DNA from: Gemmatimonadota bacterium
GTDB taxonomy: Bacteria; Gemmatimonadota; Gemmatimonadetes; Palauibacterales; Palauibacteraceae
Length of the DNA stretch: 64,000 bases
Assembly: GCA_963666735.1 (NCBI GenBank)
Contig: OY762926.1
Coordinates: forward strand, 2,592,001 to 2,656,000
Direction: 5' to 3'
The translations under genes were made by a program, and so were the position numbers. Positions 20,629 through 28,988 of the stretch are shown piece after piece. Under the pieces are notes generated by a model. The model ran no database searches. It saw only the letters and a list, made by a program, of their open reading frames with translations, and was not told where the DNA came from. Every line of letters begins with the position of its first letter. The stretch's first letter is position 1.

Positions 20629-21647
20629 TCCGCGCGTCGATCGCGGGCGGATCCGGTTACGCGGGCGGGGAACTGCTGAGGCTCCTGCTCGGCCATCCCG
20701 ACGTCGAGGTGCGGCAGATCACGTCGGAGCGCTTCGCCGGACGGTTCGCGCACCGGGTCCACCCCAACCTGCGCGGCGTCACGCGACTGCGCTTCTGCGC
20801 GCTCGATGAGCTGGCCGGGTGCGATGTGCTCTTCCTCTGCCTGCCACACGGGGAATCGTCCCGCCGCATCGACGAGTTTCGGTCCGTGGCGGGACGGATC
20901 GTCGATCTGGGGGCGGATTTCCGGCTCCCGGACGGCGCGGAGTATGAGCGCTTCCACGGCAGGCCGCACCCGCGGCCGGAGCTCCTGAGATCCTTCGTAT
21001 ACGGGATCGCCGAGCTGAACCGCGAGGCGCTCGCAAGCGCGGATCTCGTCGCGTGCGCCGGCTGCAACGCGACGGCCTCCATCCTCGGACTCCTCCCGCT
21101 CTATCGGGCGGGGGTCGCGGATTCGGCCGTGATCGAGGTGAAGGTGGGATCGAGCGAGGCGGGCAACCGCGCCAGCGAGGGCAGCCACCACCCCGAACGC
21201 AGCGGCGCCATGCGGTCGTACCGGCCCACCGGCCACCGCCACGTGGCCGAGATCGAAGCGGTGCTCGGCGGCAATGTGCACTTCTCCGCGACGGCGGTCG
21301 AGATGGTGCGCGGCGTCCTCGCCACCTGCCATGTATTCCCGAACCGGGAACTCGACGAGAAGGCGTTGTGGAAGATCTACCGGAGCGCGTACGCGGACGA
21401 ACCGTTCGTGCGCATCGTCAAGGAGCGCGGCGGCATCCACCGCTACCCCGACCCCAACCTGCTGGCGGGCGCGAACTACTGTGACGTGGGCTTCGAGCGC
21501 GATCCGCACTCGAACCGGGTCGTGGTCCTGAGCGCGATCGACAATCTCATGAAGGGAGCGGCGGGACAGGCGGTGCAGGCGTTCAACGCGATGCACGGGT
21601 TGCCGGAGTCGCGGGGGCTCGAATTCCCCGGGCTGCATCCGGCCTGA
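20625..21647 (+). CDS. lysY: [LysW]-aminoadipate-phosphate reductase (ArgC-like)
   Basis: [49 protein letters not shown]. Confidence 0.93.
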   Translation: MIRASIAGGSGYAGGELLRLLLGHPDVEVRQITSERFAGRFAHRVHPNLRGVTRLRFCALDELAGCDVLFLCLPHGESSRRIDEFRSVAGRIVDLGADFRLPDGAEYERFHGRPHPRPELLRSFVYGIAELNREALASADLVACAGCNATASILGLLPLYRAGVADSAVIEVKVGSSEAGNRASEGSHHPERSGAMRSYRPTGHRHVAEIEAVLGGNVHFSATAVEMVRGVLATCHVFPNRELDEKALWKIYRSAYADEPFVRIVKERGGIHRYPDPNLLAGANYCDVGFERDPHSNRVVVLSAIDNLMKGAAGQAVQAFNAMHGLPESRGLEFPGLHPA

Positions 21648-21674
21648 CCGGCGACCCGCGGAGCCGAATCCATC

Positions 21675-22331
21675 GTGTGCCGCATCCTCTGCGTCCGGAG
21701 CGATGAGCGCTTCGACATGGAGCCGCACCTGGCCGCCTTCGCGCGGCTCGCCCGGGAGAGTCGCGAGTACCAGGGCGACGGGTGGGGGTGCGCCTGGATC
21801 GATGCCGGCGGGTCCGGCGGGTGGCGCGTCTACCGCAACATCTCGCCGGTCTGGAAGGACGCCGGGGCGCCGTCGGGACGCACGTCGCTTCTGCTCGCCC
21901 ATGCGAGGAGCGCATATCGCGGCGAAGGGATACGGGTCGAGAACAACATGCCTTTCTTCGACGGGGAACGGGCGTTCATCTTCAACGGGGAGCTGCACGG
22001 AGTGCGGATCAAGGAGCGGGGGCGGATCGGCGCGGAGAAAGTGTTCAACTTCGTCAAACGCTTCGACGACGGAGACATGGGTCGCGCGCTGGAGCGGGGA
22101 CTCGCTGCGATAGAGAAGCGCACCCGTTACGTGCGGGCGATGAACCTCATCGTCGCCGACGCGTCGCGGCGGGTCCACTTCGCGACCCGGTTCAGCGAGA
22201 ACCCGGACTACTTCCGGATGCACGCCGCCCGCCGGGACGGCGAGCGGATCCTGTGCTCGGCGCCCTATCCGGCTTCGGGCCGGCGGCTGGGGTGGACGCC
22301 GGTCGCGAACGGCACGACCGGGACGCTCTGA
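21675..22331 (+). CDS. Class II glutamine amidotransferase / Ntn-hydrolase (EgtC/DUG3/YafJ-like)
   Basis: Begins (M)CR, giving an N-terminal nucleophile Cys; DGWG, LAHARSA, ENNMPF and FIFNG motifs; stand-alone 218 aa. Confidence 0.85.
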   Translation: MCRILCVRSDERFDMEPHLAAFARLARESREYQGDGWGCAWIDAGGSGGWRVYRNISPVWKDAGAPSGRTSLLLAHARSAYRGEGIRVENNMPFFDGERAFIFNGELHGVRIKERGRIGAEKVFNFVKRFDDGDMGRALERGLAAIEKRTRYVRAMNLIVADASRRVHFATRFSENPDYFRMHAARRDGERILCSAPYPASGRRLGWTPVANGTTGTL

Positions 22332-22334
22332 CCC

Positions 22335-23147
22335 ATGCCGGGCAAGTCCGACGGGTTGCTTCTCGTCAAGATCGGCGGTGGAGAGTCCATCAATCTGGAT
22401 GGGATCGCCCGCGACCTGGCGGGGTTGCCCGGTCCGTTCGCGATCGTGCACGGCGCGAACGCGCTGCGCGATTCGCTGGCCCGGCGGCTCGGGGTCGAGA
22501 AGCGCATCCTCACGTCGGTGTCCGGACACGAGAGCGTATACTCCGACCGCGACCTGATCGATGTGATGCTCATGGCCTACGCCGGGCTGCGCAACAAGCG
22601 CATCGTCGAACTCCTCCAGGGCCACGGCGTGAACGCGGTCGGGCTCACCGGGCTCGACGGCGCGCTGGTGCGCGGCCGCCGCAACCGGGGCATCCGGGTG
22701 AGGGAGGGCGGCAAGACGCTGATCAAGCGGGACCTGTCCGGGAAGCCGGTGGAGGTGAACCGCAAGCTGTTCGGGTTGCTCCGCGACGGTGGCTTCACGC
22801 CCGTCGTGACGGCGCCGCTGATCGACGAACACAACGTGGCGATCAACTCGGAGAACGATGATGTCGTGACCCTGCTCGGCGCCGAGTTGGGAGCGGATTG
22901 CGTGATCCAGTTGATCGAAGCGCCCGGCTTCCTGGAGGATCCGGACGATCCGGCGTCGGTCGTCGCAAGGCTCTCGCGCGCGGAGCTTGCGCGCCGGGAG
23001 GGCGAGGTCGCCGGGCGCATGAAGCGGAAACTGCTCGCCCTGCGGCGACTGGTGGAATCGGGCACGACGCGCGTCGTGATCGCGGACGGGCGCGTCGAAC
23101 GCCCGATCTCGGAGGCGCTGGCCGGACGGGGCACGGTCATCGGATGA
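22335..23147 (+). CDS. lysZ: [LysW]-aminoadipate kinase (ArgB-like)
   Basis: VKIGGG, IVHGAN, NAVGLTGLDG, MKRKL; amino-acid kinase fold in the lysW operon. Confidence 0.9.
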   Translation: MPGKSDGLLLVKIGGGESINLDGIARDLAGLPGPFAIVHGANALRDSLARRLGVEKRILTSVSGHESVYSDRDLIDVMLMAYAGLRNKRIVELLQGHGVNAVGLTGLDGALVRGRRNRGIRVREGGKTLIKRDLSGKPVEVNRKLFGLLRDGGFTPVVTAPLIDEHNVAINSENDDVVTLLGAELGADCVIQLIEAPGFLEDPDDPASVVARLSRAELARREGEVAGRMKRKLLALRRLVESGTTRVVIADGRVERPISEALAGRGTVIG

Positions 23148-23151
23148 GCTC

Positions 23152-24306
23152 GTGAACTCGCGAGAGACGGAACGGGCGTACGCGCTCGAGGTGTTCCCGA
23201 AGCGCGACATCACGGTCGTGCGGGGGGACGGCGCCCGCGTGTGGGACGACGAGGGTCGCCGCTACATCGATTGCGTGGGCGGCATCGGCGTGGCAAGCGT
23301 CGGCCACGCCAACCCGGCCGTCGCCGAAGCGCTGGCGGAGCAAGCCCGGGTGCTCGTGTCCTGTCCGGGGATCTTCTACAACGATGTCCGGGCGCGGTTG
23401 CTGGCCGAACTCGTCTCGATCGCGCCGCCCGGGCTCACGCGCGCCTTCCTCTGCAATTCGGGGGCGGAGGCGGTGGAGGCGGCGATCAAATTTGCGCGTC
23501 TCGCGACGGGACGGGCGGGGGTCGTTTCCGCGATGCGCGGCTTCCACGGGCGGACGCTGGGGGCCCTGAGTGCGACGCACAAGAAGGACTACCGGAAACC
23601 CTTCGAGCCCCTCGTGCCGGGCTTCTCGTTCGTGCCCTTCAACCGTGTCGAGAAGCTGCGCGCGGCCGTGGGCGAGGGCACGGCGGCCGTGATCCTCGAG
23701 CCGGTGCAGGGCGAAGGGGGAGTGCGGGCGGCCCGCCCGGACTATCTGCCGGCGGCGCGACGCATCTGCGACGAGGCCGGTGCGGTCCTCGTGTTCGACG
23801 AGATCCAGACGGGCTTCTGCCGCACCGGCCGCATGTTCGCCTGCGATCACTACGCCGTGGCGCCGGACGTTCTCTGTCTCGCCAAGGCGATCGCGGGCGG
23901 CGTGCCGATGGGAGCGGTCCTGGCGCACGAGCGGCTGCAGCCGCCGCCCGGGCGGCACGGCACGACCTTCGGCGGCAACCCGCTCGCCTGCGCCGCCGCC
24001 CTGGCCGCAATCCGCTTCATGCGGGCCGAGCGGCTCGACGAGCGGGCCGAGGCGCTGGGCGCCCGCTTCAGCGAGCGGTTCGCCCGACAGCGGCCGGCCC
24101 GCGTGCGCGCCGTGCGGCAGGTCGGCCTCATGATCGGCGTCGAACTCCGCGAGCGCTGCCGCCCGTACCTCGAAGCCCTGGCGGACCGGAGCATCCTCGC
24201 CCTTCCCGCCGGCGCCACGGTCATCCGCCTGCTGCCGCCGCTCGTGATCACCGAAGCGCAGATCGATCAGGTGGCGGACACGCTCGCCCAAGTGCTGGAC
24301 GACTGA
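23152..24306 (+). CDS. lysJ: [LysW]-aminoadipate semialdehyde aminotransferase (ArgD-like, class III PLP)
   Basis: NSGAEAVEAAIK, FHGRT, EPVQGEGG, DEIQTG, LAKAIAGG, HGTTFGGNPLA. Confidence 0.92.
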   Translation: MNSRETERAYALEVFPKRDITVVRGDGARVWDDEGRRYIDCVGGIGVASVGHANPAVAEALAEQARVLVSCPGIFYNDVRARLLAELVSIAPPGLTRAFLCNSGAEAVEAAIKFARLATGRAGVVSAMRGFHGRTLGALSATHKKDYRKPFEPLVPGFSFVPFNRVEKLRAAVGEGTAAVILEPVQGEGGVRAARPDYLPAARRICDEAGAVLVFDEIQTGFCRTGRMFACDHYAVAPDVLCLAKAIAGGVPMGAVLAHERLQPPPGRHGTTFGGNPLACAAALAAIRFMRAERLDERAEALGARFSERFARQRPARVRAVRQVGLMIGVELRERCRPYLEALADRSILALPAGATVIRLLPPLVITEAQIDQVADTLAQVLDD

Positions 24307-24314
24307 CGCTCCGG

Positions 24315-24384
24315 GCGAACTCCGTCTTGCGGACTCCGTTCTGCGGACGCCCTTATCCGGACTCCGTTATCCGGACTCGGTTAT
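24315..24384. repeat. 5 x 14-bp degenerate tandem repeat filling the lysJ / glycosidase convergent gap
   Basis: gcgaactccgtctt gcggactccgttct gcggacgcccttat ccggactccgttat ccggactcggttat. Confidence 0.85.
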
Positions 24385-26996
24385 TCGGCCGGTGTCAGAC
24401 GGACGGTCGCCGAGACGCGGCCGTCTCCTTCGGCGAACTCGACGGCAATGACGCCATCGCCGCGCTCCGAGACGAGAGCGGCGCCGCCGGTGACCGCAGA
24501 CACCACCGGGGTGCCGAAGAACTCGACCTCATAGGTGCGGCCCGCCGTCCCTTCCACGGAGAGATTCCAGCCATCCGCGTCGGCGATGAAGTCCAGAATC
24601 CGCAGGCCGCCGCTCGTCTCGCCGGGCTCGAGGTCGATGCGCGGCGGCGCGACCGCGAGTCCGCCTTCCCACGTCACGACGATCTCCGCGCGGCCGCCGG
24701 CCGGTGCCGCGTCTCCGACTGTGAGTTCGACGCTTCCGTCGTCCGTGAGTGCGGTCTCGACGCCGTTAACCCGGATGGACACTCTCTGCGCGCCCGCGGG
24801 CACATCGGGCACGAACTCGAACGTCAGAGCCGGCCCCGCGCTCGTGAGCGTCGTCCGCCGCTCTCCACCCTCCGTCGTCCATCGCTGCCGGACCTCCACA
24901 TCCGTTTCCGTTGCTCCGGCCCGAAGCCTCCGGACGGTTACCTCCGGCCAGTCCGGCGGAAGTTGCGGGGCGAGCCGAGCCCTGCCGCGCGGGGCATCGG
25001 GTTCCCAGCCGAACACGCCCCGCATGAGCGGTGTCACCAGAGCCGATGTCGCGAAGAACTGGTGCGGGACGGTCTGGTCGAGGGGTTCGTAGAACGTTCC
25101 CGACAGCAATTCCGGGTGTCGCCCCAGGCTCCAGTCGAACGTCATCTGCTTCACCGCATCCATGAGGTGGAAGCCCGCCCACGGACGCCGGTACCGGTAC
25201 TGGCCCCAGGCTACATACCCGGTCACGAAGGGCCACACGGTGCCCATGTTGTACTGGAGCGGGTGATACAACTCGCTCGCCGTGGAGAGCATGTGGGCGC
25301 CCCAGTCCGACGAGATTCGATCGCTCGCAAGGTGGGTGAGGGTCGATCGCGCGCGCGCCTCGTCGAACAGGCCGAACGCCGCCGCCGTGGCGGGCCACAC
25401 GGTCAGATTGTCGTTGGTGCCGCCATCGGCGAGGATCCCGAACGCATGGTGTCCCGCATCCTCCAGCCAGTACGCTTCGTTCAGCGTCGCGCGCGCCCGC
25501 GGAGCGAGCTCCCGCGCCCGATCCGCGATACCGGCGTCGCCCATGCGCTCGGCCAGGACACGGGTCCCCTCGAGCGCCGCGGCCCAGACGCCCGCCAGGT
25601 AGACATCCTGGTGCAGCGCGGCCCCGAGGCCGCCGACCTCGACCGCCGCGAGGCCACCCACGGTGTTTTCGATGATGCCGTCCCCGTCCGTCTCGGCGGT
25701 GAGGCACCACGCCCAGGCGCGCCGGTAGGCCGGCCACAGTTCCCCCAGCAGCTCGTCGTCGCCGCTCGCCCGCCAGTACTCGTAGAGGGCGACCATCCAG
25801 TAGGGCGTGGTGTCGGCGTGGTAGTAGGCGTACGGATACACGTCGAACCACGGGATGCGCGCGGCCGCCTGCGAGATCTCGTGCGTGATCTTGCCGTCCT
25901 CGCGCTGGTACTTCGCGAGAAAAGCGAGTTCCTCCGCCACCAGTTCCCACTGCCCGAGGGCCTCCATCGCGAACATGGTCTGCGCCGCGTCGCCGCCGAA
26001 GAACCAGCCGAACCCGGGGCGGGTTCCGTTGCGGGACAGGCCCCAGCCCGCGACGAACCCGCACCCGAGGTCGGGATTGCAGACGCGCTGCTCCTCCAGG
26101 TTGATCTTCGCCCACTCGAGGGCGAGGTCGAGCCACGGATCCGGCGATTCGATGGAAACGGTGGAGGCGAGCACCGAGTCGGCCCATGCCCGCTTCGCGT
26201 CGTAGAGGGAGCGGGCCTCCGAGATCAGCTGTTCGTAGCTGGCGAAGACTTCCTCGCGGGGCGCGGTTCCGCCCGCTACGGCAATCGGAATGAACTCCCG
26301 CCGCGCGCGCTCGGGGTCGACCGGGATCACCATGGTGCGTGGCGCTTCGCCCAGTTGATGGGCCGGGTGTTCCACGGAGTTCACGGCCCACGGCGAGCCG
26401 ACGACTGCGTTCGTCTCCTGCAGGCTCTCGGAGAGCACGAAGGCGCGCCGTCCGGCGTCCCAGTAGGCGTACTGTCCGCCGATCGAGCCCGGCCACATAT
26501 AGTTCAGCACGGGTTCGAACTCGGCAATGATCTCGAGCGGCTCCGGGCTGTCCACGTCGAGCAGGAGCAGAAGGCCGGGGAGTTCGGCCGGCGCGAGGAT
26601 GTGCTGGCGCACTTGGAAAGCGGCGTGGCTGTAAGTGATCGTCGTGAGTTCGGGCCGCACGTGCACGGTGCGCGCGACCTCGTTTCCCGGAATCGGCGTC
26701 CCGTAGGCCGACGTCGAGAAGCCGAGCCGGAAACGGTTCCCGACCTTGAGGGGATGGACCCACAGTTCCGCTTCGCCCGTTTCGAGCCCGAGCCATGCGG
26801 ACCGAGGCCCCGTCACGCCCAGATATTCGCCGGGACGCACGGGTCCGGTGAGTTCGATCGGCGAGGACGCGATCTCGAAGCGCGGGACTCCGGCCGCCTC
26901 CTGGCCGGCACCGTTCGCCGGCAGGCCGGCGGCCATCGCGGCGAGGAGGGCGAAGAGCCTGAGAAGCGAGACGCGCGGCGCATCATCCAGAGTCAT
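24381..26996 (-). CDS. Exported (alpha/alpha)6 glycoside hydrolase, amylo-alpha-1,6-glucosidase / debranching-like
   Basis: Signal peptide; WFFGGDA, YQREDGKITHE, HADTTPY, YNMGTVWPF, HPELLSG. Confidence 0.75.
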   Translation of the reverse strand: MTLDDAPRVSLLRLFALLAAMAAGLPANGAGQEAAGVPRFEIASSPIELTGPVRPGEYLGVTGPRSAWLGLETGEAELWVHPLKVGNRFRLGFSTSAYGTPIPGNEVARTVHVRPELTTITYSHAAFQVRQHILAPAELPGLLLLLDVDSPEPLEIIAEFEPVLNYMWPGSIGGQYAYWDAGRRAFVLSESLQETNAVVGSPWAVNSVEHPAHQLGEAPRTMVIPVDPERARREFIPIAVAGGTAPREEVFASYEQLISEARSLYDAKRAWADSVLASTVSIESPDPWLDLALEWAKINLEEQRVCNPDLGCGFVAGWGLSRNGTRPGFGWFFGGDAAQTMFAMEALGQWELVAEELAFLAKYQREDGKITHEISQAAARIPWFDVYPYAYYHADTTPYWMVALYEYWRASGDDELLGELWPAYRRAWAWCLTAETDGDGIIENTVGGLAAVEVGGLGAALHQDVYLAGVWAAALEGTRVLAERMGDAGIADRARELAPRARATLNEAYWLEDAGHHAFGILADGGTNDNLTVWPATAAAFGLFDEARARSTLTHLASDRISSDWGAHMLSTASELYHPLQYNMGTVWPFVTGYVAWGQYRYRRPWAGFHLMDAVKQMTFDWSLGRHPELLSGTFYEPLDQTVPHQFFATSALVTPLMRGVFGWEPDAPRGRARLAPQLPPDWPEVTVRRLRAGATETDVEVRQRWTTEGGERRTTLTSAGPALTFEFVPDVPAGAQRVSIRVNGVETALTDDGSVELTVGDAAPAGGRAEIVVTWEGGLAVAPPRIDLEPGETSGGLRILDFIADADGWNLSVEGTAGRTYEVEFFGTPVVSAVTGGAALVSERGDGVIAVEFAEGDGRVSATVRLTPAE

Positions 26997-27083
26997 CGTC
27001 CGTATTCCTCACTTTCGCGACGTTCGCGAGACCTGTGCCGACGCGCCGTTTCGAAGGGACGGCCCGCTCCGAAGGCATCATTC

Positions 27084-27368
27084 ATGGCACGGCGGCGGCG
27101 CCTTGGAAACCCCCGATGGTATCCCTCCATCACGCACGTCCACGGACTCGGCTACTCCTTCGTGGAAATCCACGAGAAGACCATCGGCCTGGCCTTCCTG
27201 CCGGTGGCGCTGCGCCACCGGCCGCTGAATTTCTTCTTCATTCGGGAGGAGAGGCGGTTCGTCCGTAAGGACGTGCGGACCTCGCGACCGGGCGGCGGGC
27301 GTTGTTTTCAGGCTCGAGAGGGTTTGCGAGCCAGAAAACAGTACAGCGGCGTGAAGATACCGACTTGA
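27084..27368 (+). pseudogene. Short unidentified coding fragment
   Basis: About 27129-27283 has strong G/C third-position bias (ITHVHGLGYSFVEIHEKTIGLAFLPVALRHRPLNFFFIREE); the flanks do not look coding. Confidence 0.3.
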
Positions 27369-27393
27369 AATCCCGCGGCTTCGAGCGCGTGAT

Positions 27394-27657
27394 TCACTTC
27401 CGCGAACGTGGCGATGTCGTGCAGCGCGATGCGCGTTGCTTGTCCTGCGCATGGCACGTTGACTCTATGGCGTAACCCCGGCCGAAGGTGTGGTCCTCGA
27501 TCTTGACGACGATCGACTCCTCGATTTCCTCCGGCGTGGCGCCGGGATAGGCCATCGAGACTTCGATATTGGCCGCGATACTGTTGCGGGCCATGTAGGC
27601 GGTCGGGCCGGACCGTTCGCTGCGGTCGCCCGATTCGGGACCCGCGTCGGGACTCAT
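27394..27657 (-). pseudogene. Remnant of AcrB/AcrD/AcrF RND permease
   Basis: AYMARNSIAAN is joined directly to IEVSMAYPGATPEEIEESIVVKIE (TM1 missing), followed by unrelated sequence; ATGA-coupled to the MFP gene. Confidence 0.85.
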
Positions 27658-28883
27658 CGCACCGGGTCGGTTCCGGTCTGGACGCGCATCCCTTCGGTGG
27701 CGAACTGAATGCCCCCGGTGATCACCGCCCGGCCGCTCTCGAGCGGACCGGTCACGAAGACCTCATCGTTCGCGCGCTGCAGCACCTGGACCGGGACGAT
27801 GCTCACGATGTCGCCCTCGCTCACGGCCCAGACCTCGTTGCCCGTTTGCAGCGCCGCGCGCGGTATCCGGAAGTAGTCGTCTGGTGAAACGCCGTCGATT
27901 TCCACGTCCACGAACTTGCCCACCAGCAGAGGAGGGGAACGGCCGACGAAACTGGACGCGCTCTCGGGGACACCCGCGGTGAACGGGTCCGACACACGCA
28001 CGATCACATCGATGGTTCGGGTCTGCGCGTCGAGCGACGCCTCGACCCGGTCCACGTAGCCCTCCCAGGCGTACGTTCCCTCGCCGTATTGCGCGATCAC
28101 GCGAACCGCCACTCCGCCGTCTCCGTCACCGGCTCGAAGTTCCCACAGTCCCGGGATCAGCGCCGCATCGGCATCGGACAGCGGCACGACCACCTCCACC
28201 GCATGCGAGGCGAAGAGCCGTCCCACGGGTTGTCCCGGGCTCACGACCTGCCCCACGTCCACCGACTCCGAACGGACCACGCCGTTGAAGGGCGCGGCGA
28301 CGCGGGTTCGGGACAGCGCAAGATTCGCGTCCGCCAACCGGGCCTCGTCCCGGCTCAGCGCCGCGCGCGCAGCCTCGAGCTGAGGCGCTCTCAAGGTGAG
28401 CGGACTCGCCGCGGACGGGGCGCCGCCCCCGGCGCTTTGCCGCTCGGCGTAAAGCTCGTACTGCGCCCGCGCGATCATCGCCTGTTCCTGTTCCTGTAGG
28501 AAGGCGACCTGGCGCGAGGCAAGATTGGCTTCGGCCTCCTGCAGGCGGTACAGGTAGTCCGCCTCCTCAATGCGGAACAGCGTCCGGCCCGCCTCGACCC
28601 GGCCTCCGCTCTGGAACCCCGGATCCACCCAGACGACCCTGCCGCCCACCTGCGGGGCGATGTCGATCTCCGCGCTCGGCCGCACGGTGCCGGACCCGTA
28701 CACCGGGATGGGACCCGATCCGGCCGAAACGCGGGCGGTCTGCGCGAACGGAATCCGGGGAGGCGGCTCTCGGCTCTCGGCCTCCGGAGCCAGTGAAAGC
28801 AGCAGTGTCACCCCGGCCCCGGTAGCCGCCAGGATGACGATGATGATCCTGACGCTGGATCCAAAAAGCAGTTTGCGCAGCAT
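27654..28883 (-). CDS. RND efflux periplasmic adaptor (membrane fusion protein)
   Basis: N-terminal anchor, PQVGGRV, helical hairpin, RTRVAAPFNG, IPRAAL. Confidence 0.9.
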   Translation of the reverse strand: MLRKLLFGSSVRIIIVILAATGAGVTLLLSLAPEAESREPPPRIPFAQTARVSAGSGPIPVYGSGTVRPSAEIDIAPQVGGRVVWVDPGFQSGGRVEAGRTLFRIEEADYLYRLQEAEANLASRQVAFLQEQEQAMIARAQYELYAERQSAGGGAPSAASPLTLRAPQLEAARAALSRDEARLADANLALSRTRVAAPFNGVVRSESVDVGQVVSPGQPVGRLFASHAVEVVVPLSDADAALIPGLWELRAGDGDGGVAVRVIAQYGEGTYAWEGYVDRVEASLDAQTRTIDVIVRVSDPFTAGVPESASSFVGRSPPLLVGKFVDVEIDGVSPDDYFRIPRAALQTGNEVWAVSEGDIVSIVPVQVLQRANDEVFVTGPLESGRAVITGGIQFATEGMRVQTGTDPVR

Positions 28884-28988
28884 GGTGACCTACTCCGCTG
28901 GAGCCAAGAGGCGCCTCGTGAAGGGAATACCTCTGATGGTTCGGCGCGCTTCCGGCCCCTGTCAAGCTGGGATGCGACACTGGATCGA

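Noticed and set aside
20514..23213. 899-aa minus-strand ORF and similar long antisense ORFs (14585-16906, 16485-18557, 35945-38293, 52898-55237)
   Set aside because: Shadows of well-supported genes on the opposite strand.
24315..24384. Possible mini-CRISPR array
   Set aside because: Units are 14 bp, contiguous, have no spacers, and no cas genes are present.
23241..27368. 1375-aa plus-strand ORF
   Set aside because: Out-of-frame overlap of lysJ and antisense shadow of the glycosidase; Arg/Gly/Pro-rich with no motifs, as expected at high GC.
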